A stretch of 64,000 bases of DNA from Vicugna vicugna. Its lineage: Eukaryota. Shown in pieces: positions 1 through 10,612 of this stretch. Each line of letters starts with the position of its first letter. The first letter of the stretch is position 1. Under the pieces are notes generated by a model, which saw nothing but the letters and a program-made list of their open reading frames with translations, was not told the DNA's origin and searched no databases. The stretch covers positions 5,665,598 through 5,729,597 of the forward strand of contig MU059161.1 in assembly GCA_013265495.1 (NCBI GenBank), in the 5' to 3' direction. The position numbers and the translations under genes were made by a program.

Positions 1-1584
1 GAAGACTCGTCTGGCAGGTTGCAAATCATGTTTGGGTTTGTTAGTCTTTCCCCTTTTTATTCTTTCTTTCCTTCTCTCTTTCTCTCTCTTTCTTTTACTT
101 TTCTTTCAGAACAGATGACATGCAGGCGCCCTGAAGAAATGCTCGGTGTACCTGAGAACTCTGCACTGCAAAGTTATTCAGAGCAATGTATTTTTTATTC
201 TGTCGGAGGTCCCGTAAAGTAGATATGTCTTATGTCTTCAATGTAATAAAAGTATTAGTTAACTGGATTCAACCAGGTCTAGAAGCAAGTCCTGTACGAC
301 TTTGAGCAAGTTACTTAAAGTCTTTGAGTCTCAGTTTCCCCACCTGTAAAATGGGGGTTATAGGTTAAAACCACATAGGTTTGCTGTAAGGACCAGGTGA
401 CAGTTTACACGCAGGGTCAGGCACATGACCCAGGGGTGCTGACAGTAGTTAGATAGCTCCTCTTCCTTCCCCTCTCCTGACCTGCCGGCACAGTGAACAC
501 CCTAAGGCGAAGGGCGATACACCTGCCTGGAGTTGCACTTTCGCAACATGATTCATTCTTTAAAGACTGAGCACATGCCAGGCCCATGATAAGTCAGTCC
601 TAAGAATCTTGTCCCACTGGGAAGAGCTTACTGCCTAGCGGGAGAGGGTTTGAGTGGCATAGAAAAATGTTCGTTTATAAAACTTTGGTTTTGGGTGGAA
701 ATCCTACTTTAGAGGGCTGGCCAGAAAACACAGATTTATATCATTAGGCCTGGATAGAGTTTCTTTTAAAGACATCTGCTGGTTTATGCATATTCTCTGG
801 GCATGTTAGGAGTCTCCTGATAAGAGTCTGAGTATTGTAAGAGGTTAGTTCTCCCATAGCATCGTGGGTAAGGGAGTAATTCAAGGGTGGAGCTGGTATT
901 GTCAAGAAAAGTTGTCTTGAAAAAGAAAAAAAGTCTTTAGAAAGGATAACTTTTGTTCAGGAAGTGACCCTGAAGGGTTTGACATCAAGATTCCACTTTT
1001 CTGATGCTTCGACTCATGTGAGTAAGCAGGGCTGGAATTTGAAGTCGAATCTCTCTGTCTTCACTTTGATCTGATGTGATTTGTCCAGCCCTCCACAGCA
1101 GGCCGTTTTAAACGTAAGTAGCCGACATAACTTTGCAAGAGTCAGCAGAGTTGTGATGCAGTTCAAGGAAACAGCAGCAAGCACGTAGCCTCAGATCCAA
1201 GAACTGAAAGTCATTTTGCCAACAGAAGAGAAGACCGAGGCCGCACAGGCTGAATGTCCTGCTCACCACGTAGCTAAGGAAGGGCGGGGTGGGGCTGGGG
1301 TTCCAGGCTCCTTATCCTTCAAAGCTCAGGACTCCTTCCCCAGAACTCCCTAGTGCACAGCAAGGAAAATCCAGGGTCTCCTACTGCCACGTGATGTGGT
1401 AGAAAACGGCACCCACTTTGAAGTCGGAAAGACATGGGTTCAAATCCTGCACCTAGTTATGCACATTTGGGGAAATAATTTAAGCTCTCTGAGCCTCAGT
1501 TTTATCATATGCAAAGTGGGGATAATAGTGTGCCTCCTTTGCTGGGTTGGTGTGAGTGTCGGAGATAATGTAGAGATGAAGATA

Positions 1585-1922
1585 ACTCTTGTCCTGAGGT
1601 TCCACATCCACAAAGCCAATCAACCTTGACTGAAAATATTTAGAAAAAATTCCAGAAAGTTCCAAAAAGCAAAACTTGAATTTGCCATGCCCTGATAACT
1701 GTGTACGTGTATTTACACTGTATTTACAACTATTTGCATAGCATTTATATTGTATCAGGTATTAAAAGTAATCTAGAGATGCTTTAAACCACACAGGAGG
1801 ATGTTCGCAGGTTGTATGCAAATCCTAGACCATTTTTATATAAGGGACTTGAGCATCCCCAGATTTTGATATCCACGGGGGTCCTGGAACTGATCCCCCT
1901 CACAGATAATGAGGCATGACTG
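1585..1922 (+). mobile_element. Tigger3/Golem-type DNA transposon remnant inserted in a MIR
   Basis: Recognisable GGTTGTATGCAAAT...AAGGGACTTGAGCATCC...CTG|TA end; MIR continues on both sides (about 1410-1575 and 1925-1980). Confidence 0.7.
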
Positions 1923-2424
1923 TAACTTATCTGTGGTGTGTAAAGCATTTGCCCCATGGTAGGTGCTCAATAAATCGTAGGTAAGTTTCAGAATTGAATT
2001 GAAAATAGCTTTATGCAGCGGTTAACTGCAATCTAAGAATACTCTGGGCCAATTCAGGAGGGAAAGGACTGTGGTATACCCACAGTTCGGTCAACTGCGC
2101 ACACACAACAAAAGACAACTCTGACATCTGAACAGCGCCTCAAAGTTTTACAAGGCATTTTCTCGTTACAGAGCACCCACCTTACAAATGAGGAGTCTGA
2201 AAAAGCAACATCCCTCACTGGTCAAGGAGCTGCTGAGCAGCAGCCAAGGCAGCAGACAGCAGCTCTCCCAGGCCTCTTGCCTCTTAGCCCAGATGCCTCC
2301 CCCGTCATCCTTCAGGAGGATGATGGGATGGATGTGTGTACACAGATCGCACCCGTGGAGAAGGCCCCACATCCGGCTAATGCATCCAGGTCTGCATCAG
2401 GCTGGGTTTGAGTCTCCACCCCCA

Positions 2425-2600
2425 TCACTTGGTAGCTGAGTGACCTTGGGAAGCTACCTCTTCATGCCTCAGTTTCCTCATCTGCACAATGAGGATGATT
2501 CTAATAGTCCCCGCTTCATAGGACCGTGGCGCTAGTTAAATGAGCTAGTGCCTGTGAAAAGCATGCAGTAAGCACTCTATAAATGCTGGCCACTATTACT
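2425..2600 (+). mobile_element. MIR just downstream of exon 10
   Basis: GAGTGACCTTGGGAAGCTAC...CCTCAGTTTCCTCATCTGCACAATG core. Confidence 0.75.
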
Positions 2601-2626
2601 ATGCATCAAACAAGAAAGATACGAAC

Positions 2627-2710
2627 CTGGTGTGAAGGGCTCTCTGTCAAACGGAGCTAATGAACGATCTAGGGGTGGTTTCGTGCTTCTGTCTATGGAA
2701 GGAGCAGGGA
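2627..2710 (-). CDS. LCP2: LCP2 exon 10 (PAPSIDRSTKPPLDRSLAPFDREPFTP), Gads C-SH3-binding RxxK motif
   Basis: 84 nt, ttccag|TC...CAG|gttcgt, phase 1-1; APSIDRSTKP is the known Gads-binding peptide. Confidence 0.96.
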
Positions 2711-2810
2711 CTGGAAGGGAAAGCGACAGAAGTCAATCCAAAGAAAGCAGTGGGCTGGGGGAGGGAGGCGGGTGGGCTGGTGGGCAAGAGAGGGCGGCCC
2801 CTGTACTTAC

Positions 2811-2877
2811 GCTTTGCTGTTTTCTGGTTTCTACTTCTGCTAGGCTCTTCATGGTTGGGCTGGGGTTGGGGTAGCGG
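2811..2877 (-). CDS. LCP2: LCP2 exon 9 (PLPQPQPNHEEPSRSRNQKTAK)
   Basis: 67 nt, aagcag|CCG...C|gtaagt; alternative acceptor 3 nt upstream (exon start 2880). Confidence 0.95.
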
Positions 2878-3189
2878 CTGCTTTAAAAGAAACCCTCGTT
2901 AGGAAGAATTTCCAACACATCCTCAAGCCCTGGGGGTTTTCATCCCCCCACATACGTCTGCATCTGTTCACTTTTCTCCGTCTCTGTGTTCCATCCACAC
3001 ACGTAGCAATTCTCACCCAAACAATGGCCTGCTGTCTGGGATCCCTGTTCCATACCCTGTGAGACTATTTTCTCAAGGTATTTTCTGCATGCCACTCCCC
3101 TGCCAAGCTTTGTAGTGGCTTCTGTCACAATTGGAACAAAATTAAAACTCATCATGGTCTGCAGGGCCTGCCTGAGCTGGCTCCTGTCC

Positions 3190-3610
3190 ACCCTCCCAGC
3201 ACCTTTTTATGCTCCTCTCTCCCCTGCACGTGGGCTCTCACTGTGTCTCTTCTTGCAGTTCCTGCAACATCTCAAGCTCGTGCCCTCTTTGGGCATCTCT
3301 GTACTTGTGTTTTCCTCTGCCTGGAATGTTCTTTTCCCAGCTCTTGCCACAACTGGCTCCTTCTGTCCAACTCAGTGTGACCTCCCCACCCACCTTGTCC
3401 TCTGGTCTTCTGTCTCCCTGACCACACATTACTACTCAAGTGATCTTGTTTCTACACCTCTTTTCTTGTTTATTATCCATCTCCCTCTAACCCAAATCAG
3501 AACTTCATGAGAGCAGGGACCTTTTCTGTCTTGTTCACGCTCTGTTCCCAGCAGCTGGGACACTGCTGGGCACTGCTGTTCAATAAGCATGTGTCGATTG
3601 AATGAACGAA
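3190..3610 (+). mobile_element. L2 3' fragment
   Basis: CCTCTGCCTGGAATGTTCTTTTCC...ATGAGAGCAGGGACC...TTGAATGAA pattern. Confidence 0.65.
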
Positions 3611-3926
3611 TTCTGCATCCCAAGGATGAGGTGAAGGCCTTCAGATTTCAAAAGCAAAACGTGTGTTTAAATAAATTCAGTTCCGTGAGCCCCCTTTGTA
3701 ATAAAGCTGCACAAGCAAAAGGGAGCCATCTGTTCTTAGATGGGGGATCCCAACCCTGGTGTGATCTGGATTCTGAGCTCAGGGGAAGAAAAAGACGTCG
3801 TCTCCCCACTTTCAACCCTGAACTTGGCGTTCAGCACAGCTGTCAGAGTGCTGTGGTCCCTTGTGATGGGAACACACCTCCAGCTATTGACTCCTGAGCC
3901 TGAACTTCTCGGGGTCTCTCTGGATA

Positions 3927-4755
3927 CAGACACACCTCAGAGACACTGCAGGCTTGGTTCCACACTACCGCAATAAAGCAAAAATCAAAATAAGGCTAGT
4001 GATGAGAAAAAATCATAAATTTCCCTAGGGCGGGACAATCAGACTAAGTCAGAACTGAAACACACATAGCATGCACCCATTTGTGACGGGCCTTCCCCAA
4101 TGTGCAATGTGCACCTGCCGTATCCATTAACCAGACCTCCTCAAGGCAGGAGGACGTAAGCAAACTTGGAGAAAAATGCTCCCTTTCTTCTGATGCCAGC
4201 ATTGTGATTTTTAAGTTTATTATTTCTTTCTCATCCTGTCAGGGGGTCGATTGACCTAAAGGCTCACTCTGTAAGTGCACACCTGACCAAAACATTTCTG
4301 AGTAACTTTGTGTGTCATGTTAACCTGTCAGTATGATACATAATTCTTTGTCTCAAAGGTGTACAAAACTGCATCTCTAGTTCCTGACCAGTGGAGCAGT
4401 TCTCAGAGCTTCTGTGAGTTTGTCTCCCAGGTTACAATCCTCAGTTTGGCTCGAATAAAATTCTCTTTTTTTCTTCTTAGTTTGATGGTTAGTTAAATTT
4501 TCATCAACACCAGCTACTCAATTTTTTTGATTTCCCAGTAAATATAAAAGTTACATTTATACTACACTGCAGTCCATTAAGTGTGCAGTAGCATTATGTC
4601 TAATAAAACAATGTAGATATCTTAATTTTAAAATATTCCTAAAAAATATTAACCATCATCTGACAAGGTAGGGTTGCCACAAATCTTTAGTTTGTGAAAA
4701 GCGCAGTATCTGGGAAGCACAATAAAGCGAAATGCAGTAAAATGAGGTGTGCCTG
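3927..4755 (+). mobile_element. Internally deleted Tigger1-type DNA transposon, split by an LTR
   Basis: TA|CAGACACACCTCAGAGACACTGC ... ATGAGGTGTGCCTG|TA with terminal inverted repeats; the body aligns with the uninterrupted copy at 36657. Confidence 0.85.
4000..4509 (+). mobile_element. Solo LTR (ERV1-like, 510 bp) inserted in the Tigger1 element
   Basis: TGATGAGAAA...TTTCATCAACA termini, AATAAA near the 3' end, 4-bp TSD CTAG/CCAG (one mismatch). Family not identified. Confidence 0.75.
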
Positions 4756-4809
4756 TACTTAGACCCACAGAGCCTGAGACTGTAAGTTTGAAGAAAGACG
4801 AAAGAAGGT

Positions 4810-4960
4810 GGGAAGGTATAGCTCAGTAGAAGAGCACATACTTAGCATGCACAAGGTCCTGAGTTCAATCCCCCGCATCTCCATTTAAAAAAAAAACCTA
4901 ATACTAAATAAATAAGTAGATCTAATGATCTCCCCCCACCAAATAGAATAAAATAAATTA
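4810..4960 (+). mobile_element. tRNA-derived SINE (camelid-like)
   Basis: GGGAAGGTATAGCTCAGTAG (A box) ... GAGTTCAATCC (B box) followed by an A-rich tail. Confidence 0.85.
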
Positions 4961-5049
4961 AGAGGAAAAGGGGTTTGCTTCCTCCCTGGGTTCACGGTGT
5001 GAACACACTTTGGTCTCAGATCTTTTGTCCGTGGAATTTCAGGCGTTGG

Positions 5050-5063
5050 CCAGCAGGTGGCGC
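5050..5063 (+). promoter_or_regulatory. Consensus CTCF motif CCAGCAGGTGGCGC in LCP2 intron 8
   Basis: Full match to the core CCASYAGRKGGCRS. Confidence 0.7.
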
Positions 5064-5435
5064 AAGTCTCTTTGCAGGAAAGAGCAGGTGGTTTGGGACC
5101 GATTTACTTGGTCCTCAGTTTATTTTACAGTTTTCACTTTTTTAAAAAGTAGGAAGTAATAACACAATAAATATTAGAAGGGGACTTTTGCTATACAGGT
5201 AGTTTATATCGTTTGTGGTAAGGAAAAATACCGATGATAAAAGCATTGTGTTTAAAAATCACCAATATTTCACCCCCAAAAAGCCCACTGTGAGTACTTG
5301 GGGCTGCGTTTTCCCAGCCTGCATAGACTTTTTCCAATTGGCTAAGACTGGGTAAAGATGACCGTTGTTCCGTTCTCTCTGCAGAGGACACCATCCCGCG
5401 GACGCGGAGTGCGCAACAGGGAGCGCGGAGCCTAC

Positions 5436-5530
5436 CGTGTGAGCCCGGCCGGAGGGCGGAGGAGGGAGGGCGGCCATCGGCCTCTGGGGGGGCACGGGCG
5501 GCTGCTGCGCTTTCCCGGAGGGGGGCCGGT
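5436..5530 (-). CDS. LCP2: LCP2 exon 8, proline-rich P-I region (RPPSGKAQQPPVPPQRPMAALPPPPSGRAHT)
   Basis: 95 nt, ccgcag|AC...ACG|gtaggc; contains QPPVPPQRPM, the PLCgamma1 SH3 ligand. Confidence 0.97.
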
Positions 5531-5988
5531 CTGCGGAAACGCAAGGGCATTCACGTGAAAGGAGGAACGCTGCATCTGGCAGAGCTTGTGGGCCGCGCCC
5601 AGGGCTCTCCAGGAACCCATGCAGCGCCTGCTCGCCTCATCTCCCAGCTCCGGGGACACCGGATCCCCCAGCCCCGCACCACCACCACGGCCAGCCCAGG
5701 CCGGGGATACGTCCACACCTGGGTCCTTCAAGGGGCGGGGAGTCCTTGGCCCCTTGCCTTCTCTGCAGCTGCCCGGGTTGTCTTACCTTCCACTTAGGAG
5801 CAACTCTCACCTCACCTCTGGGGAATGGGTATTTAGCAGAGGTTTTGCTGATGAAGGTGTGAAAAAAGGCCTCTTGGTAATTAGCTCAGCTAATATCTCG
5901 AGGGAGTGTTTTCAGACAAATTGTAAAAGGGGTAAACATACACATGCCCCCACGTATACAGACGCACAAATGCACACGCACGTGCAGA

Positions 5989-6013
5989 CACACACACACA
6001 CACACACACACAC
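5989..6013 (+). repeat. (CA)n microsatellite
   Basis: Direct read. Confidence 0.95.
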
Positions 6014-7454
6014 AAGCACACCCGGCTGCCTGGGCAAGGTAACGTCCACTGTCATGGCTCAGGAGGGTCCTGCTCGAGGTCCCCTACCTTCCCCTCATAA
6101 ATGCTCTGGGCTGTCCTCCCCCTCCCCCTCCCTCCTCCCTTAAAGGGAGGAGCTGGTCACCAAAGCACAGACTTCACCGAAACTCACATTACTCTGAGCA
6201 TCACAGAAGTATCCCCAGGCCAGGCTGACAGGCCGGCAGTGTCCCGCCCCTCTGACAGGGAAAAGCCAGCCTGGGCCTGTGAGCGGGGCCTCCTTGCCCT
6301 TTTGTGCCCTGGGGGCCTGTTTTGCCCCCGTCTAGTCCCAACCCTGGGGAGGCAGCCCTCTTTCACAGAAAGTCGGGTTCAGAACCCCGCAAGCCTGGTC
6401 TCATCTCATACCCCTGCACCCACACTGGCCATCTCTCAGCTCCTCTGACCTGTCATGCTCCTTCGAGCCCCAGGGCCTTTGCATGGCCATTTCTACTGGT
6501 TAGAATGCTCTTCCCTTCCCACAGCTGCCCTCACTTAGCCAACTCCTACGCATCTTTTAAGTTTCAGCTTACTGTCATGTCCTCAGCAATGCAGACTAGG
6601 CACACACCCCAGCCTCATTTCCTGCACTTGTCTTCCTGAATACCTATCACGGTTTAACTAAATCATTTGGTGACTCATTTGTCACCCACTGGACTATGAA
6701 TTCTTTAGGGTGAGGGCTGTCTCCTGGCCTGTTCATTCTGTATACTCATAACTGGCACATACCAGGCACTCAGCAGCTTGGTTATCTATTTCTTCTCTGG
6801 GCCTCAGTTTCCCTGTATATGAAACAAACTTGATCATTGTTGCTCGTTTCACACAAGTTGCTTCAAAACACAGAATGCAGTGTTGATTGTGTTTATGAAA
6901 CGGCTTTAAAATTGCCAAGTGTTACACAGCCTGAAGGACAAGCGGCACTAATGTCTGTGGCACTGCTCATCAGTGTGGTGGCTTGCTCCTTGATGCTCTG
7001 TTAGGCAGGGCTGCGTGTACCTGTTTTCTGTCACCAGCGCCGCTAGAGTGTAAGTCCCGTGAGGCAAGGGCTGTGTCTGCTTTCTGGATGATTTCACATT
7101 TCACCATTTAGAATGATGCCTGGCTCATAGTAGGAGATCAGTAATTTTTGCTAATTGAATGAGTAGGTGAATGAATGAGGCAGACAGATATGGGCTGATA
7201 GGAACAGATAGATCATGAAAATCTTAAATACTGTTTAAAATGTTTAAAGTTATGGTCAGGTCACATCCAGTATCATTATATTTATTCTGCCAGTCTGTAG
7301 GTAGCAGTGCCACATAACCGTGAATTGGGCAAAGATTGGGAGGAACAGGAAAGGACTCCTGAGCATCAGAGTGACACACAGAATGAGTTACTGCCAGTAC
7401 CCTTAAGTGGCAGTTCAGGGCTGATGTCAGCCACCACCGGCAGTGATTTATCTG

Positions 7455-7590
7455 CAGTAGTAATAATCCTCACAGCAAACCCGTGGTCGGTATTATTATT
7501 ATCCTATTTCACAGATGAGGAAATTGAGGCCCAGAGAGGTGGAGTCACTTGCCCAAAGCCACACAGCTGTTCAGAAGCTGAGCTGGCATA
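7455..7590 (-). mobile_element. MIR just downstream of exon 7
   Basis: ACAGATGAGGAAATTGAGGCCCAGAGAGG...CTTGCCCAAAGCCACACAGC core. Many further MIR cores occur across the window and are not listed individually. Confidence 0.75.
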
Positions 7591-7665
7591 GCACACAAAG
7601 CTTTCTGCTGCATGGGTGTTGGTCCCCCCATGCATCAGTAGGGGCTGGGCCGCCAGGGCCCTTAC

Positions 7666-7864
7666 CTATGTACATGGAGTTGGAGTTGGAGAAAGGCTTG
7701 GCAGGCAGGATGGAGTTCTGCAGGGCTTCCTCGTCATTGGAGGGTGGCGGCTCATAATCGGCATCATCTTCCACCGGCGCCTCTTCCTCCTCATTGGGGG
7801 ACTCATAGTCACCATCGTCCTCCCCATCCGGATCATCATTGGGACTTTCATAGTCATCTTCTTC
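7666..7864 (-). CDS. LCP2: LCP2 exon 7, acidic region with DYESP/DYESP/DYEPP motifs (Y113, Y128, Y145) and Y173
   Basis: 199 nt, ggcag|GAA...G|gtaagg; summing exons 1-6 (108 aa) puts the tyrosines at exactly the human numbering. Confidence 0.98.
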
Positions 7865-9969
7865 CTGCCGACGCAGTGATGGGGACAGTGTGGTGTGTAG
7901 AGGCTCCCTGGCGCACCACGTACCTGCACCTGCTCTCCCTCTGCCGAGCCTCCCAGTGGTACTCACTTGGGGGTGGGCAGCACTAGGACGGTCCCTCCCA
8001 TTTACACACGAGAACACTGAGGTCAGGGAGTACAAATCTCAGGGCCAGAGAGATGTAGACTTGGGACCCCCATCAAGGCCTTCAGACCACAAGGTAAGTG
8101 TATTTTTCTCTGCATTTTTTTTTTTTTTGCACAACATAGAAAAGCAGAAGAAATGAGAACACTGGACTAGAGGGATGTGACAGCCCGCTGTTTCGAGTAA
8201 ACACATTTTACTCCAGGCGTCGCCAAGACGAAGACTAACCGCCTGGAGCGCCTGTGATGCACCTAGTTAATTGTTAGTTCTGTTCTCAGGGTGCCTACAC
8301 TCAAAAATTTCTTCCCACTGTGACCCGGTGCAGCCTCTAAGACAGTGCTAATGGGGAAACCAGATAAGCAAAACCGGGTAATTAGAAGGCAGATTAAGTT
8401 GTGCCCGAGCGGGGATGGTCAGGGCTGGGCTAGTCTTTCTGCTGAGAGCTGAGCATATGGAAACAACAGCTTATTGTCCATGGCATCCGACAGCTGGAAG
8501 AGACACTTTCTAAATTTTAAATTTTTTATTGTATTTTACTTGTGCTTCTTTGTGAGTCTCAGGGAAAGTAACCTGAGGGGCTGGGTGATTGCCTGGGAAG
8601 CAGCCCGTGGAAGTGGACAGTTACAGAAATGATTTCCCAAGCAGGGGCAGCAGCAGCAGCTGCCGAGCGATGACTGGCTTGTCAGTCAGTCTCAGGCCAA
8701 GGCCAGGTGGGTACTGAATGCGCCCAGGGCATCCCTCTGGAGTCACGAGCAGTGTGGAAAGAGGTAATGGGAGGCTGAGGAAAGGAACAGACTGACAGCC
8801 TAGAAATCCTGACAGCTTTGCTCAGCGGCTTAGGGAAGACTGTCTAAGGTCCTCAACTGAGAGGTGCCTGTGTTCATTTTTGAATTGAGGAATATATATA
8901 TGTATTTGAACATCAGAAGGCAGGGTGAGGTTGAGTATCTTCCTGAACTCTGAAAAAGACTTCGTCCTGCCATCGGTGTTCTGTACCTTGAGAGCAGGGG
9001 ACGGAACCCCAGGTGAACGGGACTTCAGAGCCGCGGCCTCAGGGCCTCTCCAGCCCTTGCTGACTGCCTCCCGGACCAGCAGGGGGTCCTACCGCCTCTC
9101 GGCCCGCACACCCCAGCCCAATGGCTCCTGATTTTCCACCAAGCCTTACCCCATAAGCCCTTCTCAACAATAGCCCTTTCCTCTCTGCTTCTATGACAGT
9201 TACTTTCTCCCAGGGACTTGGCTCCTATATTTGTATGCGTGTTTTTGTCCCTAATCATCTTCTGCCCTGTGTATGTGTTATCCAAGCTATAGAATGGTCA
9301 TAGCATTGGGTTCTTTCTCTCCTCCCCGTCCCTCTAGTGCCCTGTGTTGTGCGGGCACATGATAGGAACCCCAGCTGTGGTCGCCAGCAGCGACTGGAGG
9401 CTCCTGGTTTACAGAGCAGACTGGGGAGGCCGGCCTCAGGCTGAGCTCCCGCACAGGAGGGACTGCCCGGCAAGCAATGGCAAAGAGGCAGTGAATGTAA
9501 ACATCTGGGGGCAAGTCCTGTCTCTTTTCCTTTTATAACAGAATACATCTGTCATATTCCTTTGCTTTTGTGTAGAGAGCACAGACTTAGTTAGCTTTTC
9601 CTTTTTCCAAATTCGATGCTTCCTTTTACCAGAATCCCAACAGGACAGGGGATGTTTAGCGCCTGCTTCCTAACGGCGCTAGAGGCAGCCGCTTACCAGA
9701 AAGCCTACTGGACTGAGGGTGGGCGACCGGGAGCCTGGGCCTGCCTCTAGCTAGCTGTGTGGCTCCACAAAGTCACGGTCCCCAGTGGGGTCAGCTGCTT
9801 CATCTGTAAAATGAGCAGACAGGGCTACGAGCCGTAATGGAGTCAGCCTGAGCCTGGCTTCAGGTGCAGTGAGTACCTGTACAGTTTTCTGGGGAGAAGG
9901 TGTGCAGAATTCGTCAGACTCTCAGTGGGGTCACCATGGCCCCTCAAATATAAAAACCAATTGGATCAG

Positions 9970-10136
9970 TGGGGAGGGTATAGCTCAAGTTTTGAGTGCA
10001 TGCATAGCATGCGTGAGGTCCTGGGTTCAATCCCCAGTACCTCCTTCAAGAATAAATAAATAAACCTAATTACTTCCCCCTACCAAACAAACAAACAAAC
10101 AAACAAAAAACCAAACACACACACACACACAAAACC
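9970..10136 (+). mobile_element. tRNA-derived SINE (camelid-like) with 13-bp TSD
   Basis: GGGGAGGGTATAGCTCAAG...GGGTTCAATCCCCAGTACC; (CAAA)n/(CA)n tail; CCAATTGGATCAG at 9957-9969 and 10137-10149. Confidence 0.9.
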
Positions 10137-10612
10137 CCAATTGGATCAGACCTTCCTTGAGGTCTTTCAAAGCTAATAAGTTAATTTTGAACTCTTTCTC
10201 CCTCTGTGTGGGGACTAAAGTCTATAAGAAAAGCTACTTTAGTGTAGACCATGTGGAGGAGGGGTTTGGGGAAGGCCCTGCTGTGGGGGTGGTAGCGGTG
10301 TGGTCAGCACCCCAAGCCCACGGCCAAGTCCAGCTCTCCGTCTGTGTTTGTCAGCACACAGCCAAGCCCGTTCATCCCAGTGTCGTCTACGGCTGCTCCC
10401 GTGCTGCGAGGGGAGAAGGGAGGGTATATGACACCTTGTGGATCAAAAGGCCCAAAAGCTGACTATCTGCCTTCACAGAGCACGTCGTCTGAGCCCTGGG
10501 TGGCTCTAGGGGGGCCTTGTGCAGCTTTAGGCATTTATGCTTGTTCTTTATTTATTACAAAAGCGCTTCGGAAACTGCTGTAAGGTGGATGAACGGCCCA
10601 CCCCATACTCAC

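Noticed and set aside
44-115. Long + strand pyrimidine tract ending TTTCAG, resembling an antisense acceptor
   Set aside because: Equally explained as CT low-complexity sequence at the window edge; no convincing donor follows.
1-2626. Search for LCP2 exon 11 (expected GKKPPFSD...)
   Set aside because: No matching sequence found; the exon is presumably beyond the left edge.
4810-4885. tRNA-like heads here and at 9971-10045
   Set aside because: Followed by SINE body and A-rich tail (with a TSD at the second copy); these are SINEs, not tRNA genes.
5586-6143. 185-aa + strand ORF
   Set aside because: Runs through a (CA)n microsatellite (THTHTH); GC-rich artefact.
7281-7665. Exon 7 read-through (stop at 7571) with AATAAA at 7286-7281
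   Set aside because: A lone hexamer about 290 nt from the stop, across a MIR, without the supporting elements seen after exon 8.
8211-8248. 9-bp inverted repeat CTCCAGGCG/CGCCTGGAG
   Set aside because: Too short and isolated to exceed chance in 64 kb; no pre-miRNA-length stem.
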